64,000 nt of DNA from an uncultured cyanobacterium (GCA_963744145.1 CAVUSO010000001.1:2976001-3040000), one strand, 5' to 3'. Positions 36,887-49,560 are shown, numbered from the stretch's first letter. A program made the numbers and translations. The notes: generated by a model from the letters alone, not told the origin.

Positions 36887-39437
36887 TTAATTATTAGAAT
36901 TAATCATCGAAACGGTCGGACTAATCGCCGACTTAGGATAGGCAATTCTTTGATGATTAGATTGCAGCCAAACTTGCACAAAAATATTAGTGATTTGTGA
37001 CATTTCTTCGCGAGTTATTCCAGAATCTATCAACTGATTTTCTTGCCATCGACAACGCAGAATTTTATTCACCATTGAGAAAGCTTCTTCTCGACTAGCA
37101 TCTTTTAGACTTCGCAAAGCCGCTTCACAAGAATCTGCTAAAATCACAATTCCTGTTTCCCGTGATTGGGGAATTGGTCCGATCATAGCGAAAATCTGCT
37201 TCTGATAAAGTTAGACTCGGATCTTTTTCCACCATCTGCTTGGCTTGATAATAAAAATAAGCAATTAACATGGTGCCTTGATGTTCTGGGATAAAAGCTT
37301 GGATTGCTGTTGGTAAATGATGTTTCCGGGCTAATACTAATCCTTCAGTAACGTGTTTTTTAATAATCTGGGCACTTTTCCACGGATCGTTTAGTTCGTC
37401 ATGTTTGTTTGGTGACCCCATTTGATTTTCAATAAAATATTCAGGAGCGTGCATTTTTCCAATATCGTGGTATAATATACCTGCTCTAACCAGTTCAACA
37501 TTACAACCCAATTCTTTCGCCGCAGCTTCGGCTAAGGTAGCGACAAACAAAGTATGTTGAAAAGTCCCAGGGGCTTGGGCTGCTAATTGCTTGAGTAAAG
37601 GACGATTGGGATTAGCAAGTTCAGCTAAACGAATTGGTGTAATTAAATCAAACAGACGTTCTAAATAAGGACTTAAACCTAAAGCAACAATACTCCAAGC
37701 TAAACCAGCTAAACCTTGGCAAGCGGCAGAGGTAAGTATATTATACCAAAAAGGGATGACGGTGACGCTGAGGATTAAGGTCAGCACTAGATAGACGCAA
37801 CCTTGAATTAATCCTACACCACCACCTAAGATCGCTAATTCTTCCCGCGATCGCAACTTGCCCGCTAGCATACCCCCCAGCATACCCCCTACACCACTAG
37901 CCACCAAGGAGATCCCCTGAATATTCATGCCCACAGGTAGCACAATCATTAACAGGGCGATCGCCGAGATCGCTAATGCTGAACTATAAAAACTACCTAC
38001 CAATAAACCAACTGCGGGCAAACTCAGGTAGGGCACACCTAAACTGGGCAGTAAGGGTGTACTTAAACTTAACAACAGCAATAAAATACAATCTCGGCGT
38101 CTTAAATGAGGCTGAAAACGGCGTTTGACTAACCAAAAAATCCCCACTCCACTACTAATCAAAAACGCGTATCCAATTAAACCTAACCAGTTAATCCCGC
38201 GTCTGCTCAAGTGAAAATGATCAAGCAAGAGGAAATCTGCATGGCTAATCATCTGCCCCGCCGCGACAATTACTTGTCCTTGTTTCACTTCTAGCATCAC
38301 TGGTTTGACGGCTTCGGCTGCTTGTGCTGCTTTTTTGAGACTTTCTTCTTTGTCCGCGATTAAATTTGGTTTTATTATGGCTAATAAAATTTTATTTGCC
38401 AAAGTTTCGGTGCTAGCTGGAATGGAAATTTTGACCTGTTTATTAATGGCGGTAGCTAAGATATTTTCCGGTAATCCTGGGGGAATTCCTTGGCTGAGAA
38501 TCCGATCTAAAGCCTGCTCCATCCCAGCACTCATTTCTTCCCATTGGGCATCAGATAGGTCAAAAACTGAACTATCATAGATAGTATCCAGGGAAAAGTT
38601 AGCCGAGCGATCGCGATTTGGTGATGCAACTGACTGTGAGATCAATGCGATCGCTTGCTGATACAATTGACGAGCTTGAGTAATGGTGACTAACAGCTCA
38701 GAAAACTCATTGCTAGCAGCCAGATAATGATAAGCTTGAAGTTCTTGGAGCGCCTTCTGTCCAGAGTTATTTAATCGCTGAAAATCTAACTCATTGGCCG
38801 AATTAAGATCAGACAAAAAATATTTAGACAGAGATTGATTATCGATCTGTGGATCTTCTAAGATCATTAACAGAGTTCGCCATTCCCATTCTTGAGCGCG
38901 ACGCAAATAAATTTGGGTAGCCAGAGAAAGAATAGCGGTATTAGTAAAAGGTAAATCACCTGCTTGTTGACGAATGCGTTTACCTTGAGCTAAAATTTCT
39001 TGAAAATTTTGATATATTTGCTGATTAATAGCTGGATCAATTGCCAATACTGGAATAATCTGACTAATGGCAACTTTCTGATTTGCTTCTGTTGTTTTCG
39101 GATCGGCAATCGTGATTGGTTCGGGAGCAACAATTGTATAAGGTGCAATTGTGCCTACATCTAATTTGGGCTGATTATAGAAACGATGTCCCATTGTCCC
39201 GGTGAGAGAGCCAATGGCCACAATTAAAATCAGGCGAGAACGCTTTTCTTTAGTCAGGGACATTCTCAGCCCTGTCTGACGGGAAGAATGGCTAGTTTGC
39301 CCAATACGCTCTTCAATAGAAGATTGATCAGATAATTCGGGTTTTTGCGGACTGCGTAGCAACTGGTCAGAGGATAAAGCTAAACAGATTCGCCACCACT
39401 GCTTAAACTGCTGTGTCAACAACTGAAGCGTTTTCAT
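36887..39437 (-). pseudogene. 7TM-HD (PgpH-like) phosphodiesterase split by a +1 frameshift
   Basis: LAELANPN, APGTFQH, YHDIGK, KKHV..G and EHQGT motifs; the conserved FRYDGPIPQSRETGIV.LADSCEAA is interrupted by one extra base at about 37181. Confidence 0.85.
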
Positions 39438-39530
39438 AAATGAAAATTAGTGGCATATTAAAATATTGTGCCAGTAAAATTAGAATTTCTAGATTTTCGC
39501 GACTGAGAATATATCGGGTAATCGCGCTCA

Positions 39531-39559
39531 TAATCTCCAGTTGATTAAACCGGAGATTA
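39531..39559 (-). terminator. Possible hairpin terminator after pdhB
   Basis: Inverted repeat TAATCTCC...GGAGATTA about 16 nt past the pdhB stop. Confidence 0.4.
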
Positions 39560-39575
39560 CTTATTATATCAATTT

Positions 39576-40559
39576 CTAGATTCGTTTTGCCACCATTTTT
39601 TCGACAGCTTCGACAATTTGTTCTGGCTGCACAATTGTCATTCTTTCCAGAGTACCATTATAAGGAGTAGGGATATCCTGGGAAGAAAGCCGCAATACAG
39701 GAGCATCTAGTTCATCAAAAAACTGATCATTAATTGAGGCAATTAATTCTGCCGCAATGCCACCAGTTTTCATACATTCTTCTACAATTATAACTCGGTG
39801 AGTTTTCCGGATGGAAGCACCAATAGTTTCTAGATCAAGTGGCTTGAGGGAAATCAAGTCAATTACTTCTGGGTCATACCCCTGAGGCTCCAATTGTTTG
39901 ACTGCTTGCATAACATGATGACGCATCCGGGAATAAGTCAAAATTGTGACATCCTTACCCTGACGTACCATTTCTGCTTGATCAATTGGTATTAAGTATT
40001 CGTGGTCGGGTAAGTTTTCTTTTAAGTTGTAGAGCAGAACATGCTCAAAAAATAAAACTGGATTATCGTCGCGAATGGCTGATTTGAGCAGACCTTTAGC
40101 ATTGTATGGTGTCGAACAAGCTACAATGCGTAAACCTGGTACTGCTTGGAAATAAGCTTCTAATCGTTGGGAATGTTCTGCACCTAATTGACGCCCCACA
40201 CCTCCTGGGCCGCGGATTACCATTGGGATTTTAAAATTACCACCAGAAGTATAACGGAGCATCCCAGCATTATTAGAAATTTGGTTGAAAGCAAGGAGTA
40301 AAAAACCCATATTCATGCCTTCAATAATTGGTCTTAGTCCAGTCATAGCAGCCCCAACCGCCATTCCCGTAAAACTATTTTCTGCGATCGGTGTGTCAAG
40401 AACCCTTAATTCTCCATATTTTTTACATAGATCTTTAGTGACTTTGTAGGAACCGCCATAGTGTCCCACATCTTCACCTAGGACAAATACCACGGGGTCG
40501 CGAGCCATTTCTTCATTGATTGCTTCACGCAGGGCGTTAAAAAGAAGAGTTTCTGCCAT
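39576..40559 (-). CDS. pdhB: Pyruvate dehydrogenase E1 beta subunit
   Basis: [35 protein letters not shown]. Confidence 0.97.
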   Translation of the reverse strand: MAETLLFNALREAINEEMARDPVVFVLGEDVGHYGGSYKVTKDLCKKYGELRVLDTPIAENSFTGMAVGAAMTGLRPIIEGMNMGFLLLAFNQISNNAGMLRYTSGGNFKIPMVIRGPGGVGRQLGAEHSQRLEAYFQAVPGLRIVACSTPYNAKGLLKSAIRDDNPVLFFEHVLLYNLKENLPDHEYLIPIDQAEMVRQGKDVTILTYSRMRHHVMQAVKQLEPQGYDPEVIDLISLKPLDLETIGASIRKTHRVIIVEECMKTGGIAAELIASINDQFFDELDAPVLRLSSQDIPTPYNGTLERMTIVQPEQIVEAVEKMVAKRI

Positions 40560-40749
40560 TTTTAGTTTAGCTGCTATGTCAGAATAGAATGATTAGCATA
40601 TTAACCTTTCTCTGTCGCTCATGCGGCACAAAAGTGTAGTAAAAAACCAAAAATTACACTCTAATCACTCATTAATTTTGGGCAATGATCCCCTTAAATA
40701 CTTATTTAATTTTGGGTAATCCTGGGACTATCAAATAGTCAGGTAAGTC

Positions 40750-41724
40750 TCAATTCGATGGCCGCCAAATTTTAATTGTACCATCACCACTACCACTAGC
40801 TAGAGTTTGACCGTCTGGGCTAAATACTACTGCCGTCACCCCATGTAAAATTTTTAAATAACCAGTCAGGGTTTGGAGATGTTGACCCGTGGCGAGATCC
40901 CACAGCTTAATCGTGCCATCCCCACTACCACTAGCTAAAGTTTGTCCGTCAGGACTAATCGCCACTGAATAAATTACATCCTGATGCTCAATCAGAGTAT
41001 ATTGGACTTCGCCCTGGGGCAAATGCCACAGCTTAATCGTGTTGTCACCACTACCACTAGCTAAAGTTTGCCCATCAGGACTAATGGCGATCGCATAGAC
41101 CGCATCGCTATGACCAGTCAGAGTGGCCACCAAACTAGAACTGGCCAAGCTCCAGATTTTAATCCGATGGTCTCTGCCACCACTAATAATATTTTGGCCA
41201 TCGGGAGTAAAAGTAATGCAATTAACCGATGACCATGATTCAGTCAGTTGAATTAAGCGTTTGCCACTGAGCAAATGCCAAATTTTGATAGTAGAGCGCT
41301 CCGGATCATTGAGTGGTGGTGGATTGTCGGTTGGTGATGTCGTAAAAACAGTATCAAATAAGGAGTCATCACTACCACTAACCATCATCTGACCATCTGG
41401 ACTAAAGCTCAGATCAGTGACCCATCCTTGACCAAAGAGAGTACGCAACCGTTCCCCCGTATCGATCTGCCACAAATCTATGGTGCCATCGGGAGCACCA
41501 ATCGCTAAAATTTGGCCATCGGGACTGATGGCGATCGCGTTCACACCTAGAGGATAGCCAAATAGGTTATGGAGCCGTTTCCCTGTTTCCAGATGCCACA
41601 ATTTAACTGCGGCATCGCAACTAGCGATCGCCAGAATTCGGCCATCAGGGCTGAATGCCACCGAAGCAACTGGCCCTGATTGTTCGGAGATGGTGCGGAT
41701 GAGTTGAGCATCTTTCCAGGACAT
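40750..41724 (-). CDS. WD40-repeat protein
   Basis: About seven repeats of the type AISPDGQTLASGSGDNTIKLW. Confidence 0.92.
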   Translation of the reverse strand: MSWKDAQLIRTISEQSGPVASVAFSPDGRILAIASCDAAVKLWHLETGKRLHNLFGYPLGVNAIAISPDGQILAIGAPDGTIDLWQIDTGERLRTLFGQGWVTDLSFSPDGQMMVSGSDDSLFDTVFTTSPTDNPPPLNDPERSTIKIWHLLSGKRLIQLTESWSSVNCITFTPDGQNIISGGRDHRIKIWSLASSSLVATLTGHSDAVYAIAISPDGQTLASGSGDNTIKLWHLPQGEVQYTLIEHQDVIYSVAISPDGQTLASGSGDGTIKLWDLATGQHLQTLTGYLKILHGVTAVVFSPDGQTLASGSGDGTIKIWRPSN

Positions 41725-41952
41725 GGGTTCGGTAGGGTTAAGGTTGAGGCATCTAGAATTTTTTTTTTCGCAAAAATAAGTGCTATGGCCAAATTAGAAA
41801 ATTGAGGCAATGAAGAAATTGCCCCTAAAATTGCTTGTACCTTTAGTAATATTTAGCGTCCCATCACACTATAGCTGAAGAAATCTAAAAATCCCTGGCT
41901 GAGACGAGGATTTTTAATCAGGTTTTAGGGATGAGGCTGACACTTGACCAGA

Positions 41953-42987
41953 TCAATCTTCAGCAAACACATAGCGATGTAGTTCGCTCGGATCTGGCTC
42001 CGGACTTGATTCGGCAAACTGAACTGCATCTTCGATCACAGCTTGAATTTTCTTGTCGATCGCCTTGAGTTCTGCTTCTTCAACTAAATTTTGGTTAATC
42101 AGGTCAGTAGCTAGCTTTTTAATTGGATCACGAGTTAACCAAAATTCTTTTTCTTCCTTAGAACGTAACTCATCTGGATCAGCTAGGGAATGTCCGCGAA
42201 AACGATAGGTTAAAGCCTCAATCAAGGTTGGACCTGCTCCAGCTCGCCCACGGGCCACTGCTTCTTTCGCCGTAGCATAAACCGCTAATACATCCATCCC
42301 GTCTACTTCCACACCGGTCATTCCAAATACACTAGCTTTCTGATAAATTTCCGTTTGGGATGTTGCTCGTTCATGGGCCATGCCAATTGCCCACTTATTA
42401 TTTTCCACCACAAAGAGAATGGGCAGTTTCCAGAGCGCAGCCATATTCAAACACTCAAAGAACTGGCCATTATTACAAGCCCCATCACCAAAAAAGCAAG
42501 CTACCACCTGATCAGCTTGCTGATCATTCATCGTTTCCCGCCGATATTTAATCTGTAAAGCTACACCTGTAGATACGGGTATTCCTTCAGCTACAAAAGC
42601 ATAACCGCCGAGCAGACGATGGGGAGCGGAGAACATGTGCATCGAGCCACCCCGTCCTTTACTGCAACCAGTAGCTTTACCAAATAATTCGGCCATGACT
42701 TCGCGAGCTGGAACTCCTGCACTTAAGGCGTGGACGTGATCCCGATAGGTACTGCTAACATAATCTTCATCCAGACGCATCGCCTTAATAATGCCTGATG
42801 ATACGGCTTCTTGACCATTGTAAAGGTGAACAAAACCAAACATCTTGCCCCGATAATACATCTCGGCACATTTATCTTCAAACAAGCGTCCCAAGACCAT
42901 ATCTTCATACAACAGCAGCCCTTCAGCTTTCGTAATGGGGAGAGCATCACTGATGTTAAAGTCTGGTAGTTTTCGTTCCTGAATCAT
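41953..42987 (-). CDS. pdhA: Pyruvate dehydrogenase E1 alpha subunit
   Basis: [22 protein letters not shown]...N TPP motif, [12 protein letters not shown]. Confidence 0.97.
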   Translation of the reverse strand: MIQERKLPDFNISDALPITKAEGLLLYEDMVLGRLFEDKCAEMYYRGKMFGFVHLYNGQEAVSSGIIKAMRLDEDYVSSTYRDHVHALSAGVPAREVMAELFGKATGCSKGRGGSMHMFSAPHRLLGGYAFVAEGIPVSTGVALQIKYRRETMNDQQADQVVACFFGDGACNNGQFFECLNMAALWKLPILFVVENNKWAIGMAHERATSQTEIYQKASVFGMTGVEVDGMDVLAVYATAKEAVARGRAGAGPTLIEALTYRFRGHSLADPDELRSKEEKEFWLTRDPIKKLATDLINQNLVEEAELKAIDKKIQAVIEDAVQFAESSPEPDPSELHRYVFAED

Positions 42988-43225
42988 TTTTTGTGTCCTT
43001 GCAGGAGTTGGCGAACTGATCTTTTTAGAATACTCTGCTTTGCCAAAAATAAGTCGATTTCGCTCAAGGTCACGGCACTCCCTTGGCTCAAAATCTGACC
43101 AACAAATTTTTCATCACTTTGCTGAAATTCTTAATTGTGATATATATGATGAAAATGAGAGAGACGATATGTACTACATAATTGATTTTCTCTAATCTAG
43201 TTGCTCATCCCTGGGGAAGTAGACT

Positions 43226-45577
43226 GTGCGAATTCCGCTCGATTACTACCGGATTCTTGGCCTGCCAATTCAAGCCACTGCTGAGCAATTGGTGCAGGCA
43301 CACCGCGATCGCACCCTGCAACTTCCCAGATCCGGTTATTCCAGTGCAGCGATCGGGTCTCGAAAAAAATTGCTGGATGAAGCAGCAACGGTGCTGGGTG
43401 ACCCGCAATCACGTCAGACCTACGACACCAGTTTTCTGGCCAAAACCTACGATACTGAAACTGTCCTATCGACCGAGCTGACTTCAGCCCCAGTTGCCCC
43501 GTTGTCTGAGGTTGATCCAGATCCCCATACCCCCAGTGTGGAAATTGATGATCAGCAATTTGTAGGTGCGTTGCTCATCCTCCAAGAACTGGGAGAATAC
43601 GAGTTAGTTTTAAAGCTAGGTCGCTCCTATCTCAATAGCAGCATGAGTCTCAAAGATGAGCAGTTGCCAAACCCACAGATTGTTCGAGCCGATATCGTGT
43701 TAACTGTTGCCCTCGCTTATTTAGAACTAGGTCGAGAACAGTGGCAACAAGGTCAGTATGAAAATGCAGCCGGCTCTTTGCAAGCTGGACAAGCCTTACT
43801 GTTGCGTGAAGGTTTGTTTGCTAGTGTGCGTGGGGAAATGCAATCGGATCTCTACAAATTACGCCCATACCGCATTTTAGAATTACTAGCTAAACCAGAA
43901 GAAGATCCAGAAGAAAGACGCAAAGGCTTACAATTGCTCAAAGATATGTTGCAAGAACGCAGCGGTATTGATGGCAATAAGATCGATGGTTCGGGATTAA
44001 GCACTGATGATTTCCTCCGTTTTATTCAACAGTTACGCAGCTATTTAACCGCGAGTGAACAGCAAAACTTGTTTGAAATTGAAGCCCGTCGTCCTTCGGC
44101 AGTAGCTACTTACTTGGCAGTTTATGCTTTGTTAGCAAGAGGTTTTGCCTATGGACAGCCAGAATTGGTACATCGAGCGAAACTGATGCTCATGCGTTTG
44201 GGGCGTCATCAAGATGTACATCTGGAAGTAGCGATCTGTGCGCTGCTCCTAGGACAAACAGAAGAAGCATCTCAAGCTTTAGAACTTAGTCAAGAATATG
44301 AAGCGATCGGCTTTATTCGCGAAAATTCCCAAGGATCGACCGATCTGCTCCCAGGATTGTGTCTATATACAGAACGCTGGTTACAAGCAGAGGTATTTCG
44401 CTATTTCCGAGATTTAATCAATAAACCAGCTTCCTTAAAAGATTACTTTGCTAACCAACAAGTCCAATCCTATTTAGAAAAACTGCCCACTGAAGATGAT
44501 TCTGCTCATGAATGGGTGCCCCTCCAAAAAACCCGCTCTTCTTCACCTCAGATTAGTTTACCCCCAGCCGGAGAAAAAGAGCCATCTCAGCCCAAGTCGT
44601 CCTGGAGCATTAATCAATTTCAAACAGCTACTGCTACTCTGATTTCTAGTTTAGGCAATTCCCCAGCTAATAATGCTAAGATGCCTCAAGCTGAACGGAT
44701 GGCGGAGCGCGATCGCCAAATTGGTCGCAGAGAATCGGGTAAGATCGGTAATAATGGCACCAGAACTTGGTCAGAGCCTGAGTCGGCTGTAAGTCAACAA
44801 CCACAAGGTCTTAAAAAACCGGGGGAAAGGAAAAGCCGAGGATCAGGATTAGGTAATAATCAAACTGTAACCCAACCAGGAGGAAAGAGAGGAGTAAGTA
44901 AATCTTCTGTTCCGAAAGTTACTTGGGGAAAAAGATTAACTAATACCATTCAGTCCGTCAGAACTAAATTTAGAACGAATAATTTATCATCTAATCAGGT
45001 AATTTGGTTAGCTATGATGGTGGTGATTGGGCTGGGGTTACTCAGTTTTGTGAGTATTAATACTTATGCTTGGTTAGTGAAGACGATCGGGGAATTATCT
45101 GGTCCAAAACTAATCGCAGAATTACCTGGAGTAAGCATAAATCATCCCCCAATCACGATTCCCAATCCGAATGAGACTAACACTAGTACCGGTCCACTGA
45201 CGGAAAGCATAGCGAAACAAACCTTAGATAATTGGTTATCGATTAAAGCACAAGCATTGGGTAAAGACCATAATGTTAAAGCGTTAAAAGATATTTTAGA
45301 TAATCCGGCTCTAGCAGAATGGCAAAAAATTGCTGAGGAAGCGGAACATACTGGAAGTTATAGAGAGTATGAACATGATCTGAGTATAGATACAGTAACT
45401 GTCGATGAAAAAAATCTCGACCAAGCTACGGTTCAAGCTCAAGTAAATGAAGTTACTCAGTTTTATGAAGATGGCAAACTAAGTTATACTCAAAATGATC
45501 AAAAAATGCTCTTAGAATATAATTTAGGTCGTCAGGATGGTCAGTGGCGAATCAAATCTTGGCAAGTAAAAAAATAG
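43226..45577 (+). CDS. ftn2: Cell division protein Ftn2/ZipN (ARC6 homolog; J-like and IMS domains)
   Basis: MRIPLDYYRILG, GALLILQELGEY, KLRPYRILELL, DLLPGLC, TM helix and C-terminal WLSIKAQALG; divergent from pdhA. Confidence 0.92.
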   Translation: MRIPLDYYRILGLPIQATAEQLVQAHRDRTLQLPRSGYSSAAIGSRKKLLDEAATVLGDPQSRQTYDTSFLAKTYDTETVLSTELTSAPVAPLSEVDPDPHTPSVEIDDQQFVGALLILQELGEYELVLKLGRSYLNSSMSLKDEQLPNPQIVRADIVLTVALAYLELGREQWQQGQYENAAGSLQAGQALLLREGLFASVRGEMQSDLYKLRPYRILELLAKPEEDPEERRKGLQLLKDMLQERSGIDGNKIDGSGLSTDDFLRFIQQLRSYLTASEQQNLFEIEARRPSAVATYLAVYALLARGFAYGQPELVHRAKLMLMRLGRHQDVHLEVAICALLLGQTEEASQALELSQEYEAIGFIRENSQGSTDLLPGLCLYTERWLQAEVFRYFRDLINKPASLKDYFANQQVQSYLEKLPTEDDSAHEWVPLQKTRSSSPQISLPPAGEKEPSQPKSSWSINQFQTATATLISSLGNSPANNAKMPQAERMAERDRQIGRRESGKIGNNGTRTWSEPESAVSQQPQGLKKPGERKSRGSGLGNNQTVTQPGGKRGVSKSSVPKVTWGKRLTNTIQSVRTKFRTNNLSSNQVIWLAMMVVIGLGLLSFVSINTYAWLVKTIGELSGPKLIAELPGVSINHPPITIPNPNETNTSTGPLTESIAKQTLDNWLSIKAQALGKDHNVKALKDILDNPALAEWQKIAEEAEHTGSYREYEHDLSIDTVTVDEKNLDQATVQAQVNEVTQFYEDGKLSYTQNDQKMLLEYNLGRQDGQWRIKSWQVKK

Positions 45578-45639
45578 TGTTATTCGGGATTAATTATTAT
45601 TGGTAAATACGAGGGTAATTTAGGAAAAGATCAACAAAT

Positions 45640-46026
45640 ATGAAAACTGAATCTGATCATTTAATGCAATTAATCCAAAAAGGATTTCATCTGACAGTCG
45701 GTGCTACGATGACTCTAATCGATGCGCTACAAGAACCTCAGCAGTTAGGAGAGAATTTGTCGAAGCTAGGGTTAGAATTAGCCCAAAAGTGGACTGAAAA
45801 AGGTGAAGTAACTGAGCAAGAAGCTCGCAATTTGGTTGAGAATATTTTCACGAAATCAACTCATCCTCAGACAGAGGAAACTGCTGTTTCTCCTCCAGTT
45901 TCGACTGAATCATCGACAGCACCAGAAAAATTAGATTTGCAAGGGTCGTTACAAGAGTTGACAGCACAAATTACTGCGATACGCGCTGAATTAGAAAAAA
46001 TTCAAGATGTAGAATCTTCTGAATGA
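45640..46026 (+). CDS. Conserved hypothetical coiled-coil protein
   Basis: QKGFHLTVGA, KGEVTEQEAR, LQELTAQITAIRAELE. Confidence 0.7.
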   Translation: MKTESDHLMQLIQKGFHLTVGATMTLIDALQEPQQLGENLSKLGLELAQKWTEKGEVTEQEARNLVENIFTKSTHPQTEETAVSPPVSTESSTAPEKLDLQGSLQELTAQITAIRAELEKIQDVESSE

Positions 46027-46162
46027 TTTTTTTTTTGAGTTTTTAGATCAGCATGGAAAAATGGTTAAGAAATGATCTAATGAAGATAGGATTCGGGAGT
46101 GCAGTCGGGAAATATCCTCTGGGAATTAGTAAAAAGTAACCAAAATTAGCTAACCAACGAAT

Positions 46163-48094
46163 ATGGGAGCAGTAATTCAGTCTCAAGATCAAAAATATCA
46201 AGCGCTATTGAAAGCGATCGCTAGAATTAGAGAATCCCTTGAGCTTGATACCATTTTTAAAGCTACCGTCACCGAAGTACGTCAACTCTTAGAAGCTGAT
46301 CGAGTCGCACTATTTTACTTTAATCCAGACCAAGATTGGATAGGAGAAGTAGTCTGTGAAGATGTCAAACCTGGGATCAAGTCAGCGTTAACAATTAAAG
46401 TTCATGATCATTGTTTTAGCGATCGCTATGCTAGTGAATATCAGCAAGGAAGAATTTCGGCGATTGAGAATATTTATACAGCTAATTTGACGGATTGTTA
46501 CTTAGAAATTTTAGCTCAATTTCAAATCAGAGCTAATTTAGTTGCACCTGTGATCAAAGGAGAAAATCTCTGGGGGTTACTCTGTATTCATCAATGTACA
46601 AGACCTCGTCATTGGGAAACATCGGAAATCGAATTCATCATGCAAATATCGGCTAATTTAGGAGTAGCTTTACAACACGCTGAATATCTCAACCAAGTCC
46701 AGAAACAGATGACCCAAATAACAATGGGAGCGGAACGAGAAAAAACTTTAGCTACTATTGTTGATAAAATTCGGTGTTCTTTGGATTTGGATATTATTTT
46801 CAATACAACTACTCAAGAAGTTTTGCATTTATTTCAAGCAGACCGAGTAAGTGTATATCGATTTGCACCTGATTGGAGTGGTGATTTTGTCGCTGAATCT
46901 GTGGTTAGTGGTTGGAAAAAATTGCTGGGTATTTCGATTCGTGATACTCATTTTCAAGAAACTAAAGGAGGTCGATATATTAAAGGAGAATCCTTAGCAG
47001 TTGATGATATTTATCAAGCTGGACATAATCAATGTCATATTGAACTTTTAGAATATTTTGAAGCCAAAGCATATATAATAGTACCAATTTGTCAAGGTGA
47101 AAAATTATGGGGATTATTAGCAGCTTATCAAAATTCTAGTCCTCGTCATTGGGAAGAATATGAAATTAAATTACTCACGCAAATTGGAGTACAATTAGCA
47201 GTCGGAATTCAGCAAGCAGAGTTACTAGCTCAAACTAAAACTCAAGCAGAAGAACTAACTCAAATACTCAATCACTTACGGAAAACCCAATCCCAACTAA
47301 TTCAAAGTGAAAAAATGGCTAGTTTGGGTCAATTAGTTGCTGGAGTAGCTCACGAAATTAATAATCCGGTTAACTTTATTTATGGGAATATTACCTACAT
47401 TAGGAATTATACCAAAGATTTACTTAGATTAGTTGAACTATACCAACAGCTTTATTCTACACCTAAACCAGAAATTACCGCATTAATAGCAGAAATAGAC
47501 TTGGAATTTTTAACGGGAGACTTGTCAAAAATTTTAGCTTCAATGAAAGTAGGAGCAGAGCGAATTCGGGAATTAGTATTATCGTTGCGTAATTTTTCTC
47601 GATTAGATGAAGCGGAAATGAAGTTGGTTAATATCCACGAAGGAATTGACAGCACTCTGATGCTTTTACAGTATCGTTTAAAAGCTAATATCGAAATAGA
47701 AGTAATTAAGGAATATGGAGATTTACCCTTAGTTGAGTGTTACGTAGCTCAGATGAATCAAGTGTTTATGTATTTGTTAAATAATGCGATCGATGCTCTG
47801 GAATCCTCTGGACAAGTGACACCGATGATTAAAATTACTACTGAAGTAAGCAATGTTAGTCATGATGCTAGAGGGACAATTTTGATCAGAATTATGGATA
47901 ATGGTCCGGGGATGACTGAAGATGTGCGATCGCGTATTTTTGACCCTTTCTTTACGACTAAACCAGTTGGACAGGGGGTGGGGTTAGGATTAGCGATTAG
48001 TTATCAAATTATTGTCGAAACTCATCATGGTAATTTACAATGTTTTTCTCGACTAGGAGAGGGTGCAGAATTTTTGATCGAGATTCCGATCTAA
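46163..48094 (+). CDS. Cyanobacteriochrome: tandem GAF-GAF histidine kinase
   Basis: GAF1 DHCF and [12 protein letters not shown]2 [12 protein letters not shown] and QCHIELL; AHEINNP; HATPase. Confidence 0.88.
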   Translation: MGAVIQSQDQKYQALLKAIARIRESLELDTIFKATVTEVRQLLEADRVALFYFNPDQDWIGEVVCEDVKPGIKSALTIKVHDHCFSDRYASEYQQGRISAIENIYTANLTDCYLEILAQFQIRANLVAPVIKGENLWGLLCIHQCTRPRHWETSEIEFIMQISANLGVALQHAEYLNQVQKQMTQITMGAEREKTLATIVDKIRCSLDLDIIFNTTTQEVLHLFQADRVSVYRFAPDWSGDFVAESVVSGWKKLLGISIRDTHFQETKGGRYIKGESLAVDDIYQAGHNQCHIELLEYFEAKAYIIVPICQGEKLWGLLAAYQNSSPRHWEEYEIKLLTQIGVQLAVGIQQAELLAQTKTQAEELTQILNHLRKTQSQLIQSEKMASLGQLVAGVAHEINNPVNFIYGNITYIRNYTKDLLRLVELYQQLYSTPKPEITALIAEIDLEFLTGDLSKILASMKVGAERIRELVLSLRNFSRLDEAEMKLVNIHEGIDSTLMLLQYRLKANIEIEVIKEYGDLPLVECYVAQMNQVFMYLLNNAIDALESSGQVTPMIKITTEVSNVSHDARGTILIRIMDNGPGMTEDVRSRIFDPFFTTKPVGQGVGLGLAISYQIIVETHHGNLQCFSRLGEGAEFLIEIPI

Positions 48095-48182
48095 GAAATG
48101 AAAATTAAATAACATCATGATCTAGGTATGTAGTCAGGGTAAGAACAGAAAAAGGGTAATCAACCGATTGAGAAATTTCTGC

Positions 48183-49434
48183 TTAAAGTTTAGAGAAGAG
48201 AAGCAAAAACTCAAGACTACACAATATATCTTTCCCCCTACACTCCACACCATCACCTCCCCCCCATATCCTAAAATGCTCCAGACATTTCCACGGAAGG
48301 TGACCTTCTGGAGCCGAGATATTAAAAGTGAGATCAAGATCAGAGTAGCTCAACCACTTTCCTCCTTTTCTAAAACCAACTTGATCTGCTAGCTTAAAAT
48401 AAGCATCGTAGTAATCTACAACATCTAGCTTACTAAGCAAATTGAGCCAGATTTTCTTCTGGACTGAAAACCCAAATTTATTATTAGAATACTTTAACCA
48501 CAACTGGTCAATGATCCGCAGTTCCTCTTTTGGAAAATTACGATAGTCGTCTTCTGTTAACCATCCCTCTTCTTCCTTGTTCATAATTTTTAACATGACT
48601 CGAGCAGTTTCTTCATCTGCTTTTTTCCATTCTTGGGTTGCTAATAATCGATCAAGTTCTCTAAAATCACCTCTAGAAGTAACTAAATTTACTTGGGGTG
48701 AAGCAGACTGAGGAACAGTAGGTTGTGGACTATAAAAAATTACTAACGACTGGAGGATTTTTTCCAGTTCTGCTGGAGTGATACTCGTATTTCTACTGCA
48801 TTCATCGCCCCACTCTTCTACATCGACATAGTAGTAGGGCGATCGCTGTGAGCTAACGAGTCTTTTTGTGCCACATCCACAAATCGGACTGAGGTACTGT
48901 CAACTGCTCGGTCGTGGAAGGTTTGTGTGTTCCCGGATGTTGACCAAACTCAATGTCTACTTTTCCCAGTAAAGGGGTGTCTGCTTGAAAGGTAAACTCG
49001 CTGTCTGCACCACTTAGGCTGCGACCTGTCGCACCGACGATCAGACAGTTATTCTGGGCATTTTTGTACACAATGGAATAGTATAGAATTTCCCGGCAAA
49101 AGTTATGTTGGGGAGAAGTCATACAGGAATTGTAATCAATCCTGGAATACTGAAACCCATCTGGTACATAGGAAGGAACAAGAATCGGAATCCCCAGATC
49201 CCTTCCCAGGTTCATTAAAGAAACTTTGGTTTGTCCACTTAAACCAGTAGAGGGTCCAGAATCCGCTAGAGTATTAGAACTGCTACTGAGACAAAGCAGA
49301 ATTATTCCTGAAAATAAGAAATTCTTGGATGCGTTGCTGATTTTGGGAATGAATAAGTTTGCAGAATGATTGGAATGTTGTTTAGAATCATCCTGCTTTT
49401 TAGCAATGCCGAAATTTTTGTATAACCACTTCAT
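48183..49434 (-). pseudogene. Exported-domain plus GUN4-domain protein split by a frameshift near 48870
   Basis: The GUN4 frame (LDRLLATQEWKKADEET...DQLWLKYSNNKFGFSVQKKIW...APEGHLP) is open upstream to about 48870 without a start codon and overlaps the end of ORF 48853-49434. Confidence 0.75.
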
Positions 49435-49560
49435 AAAATGAAATCCATTAGATTTGCTAATAGTTTACAACTTCATTGACTCGTGAGCTCGCACTCCAGA
49501 ATAAAAACAAAATTTCTCGGTGCGGACTGGTAGTCATCGCATCCAGGAACAAAAACACCG

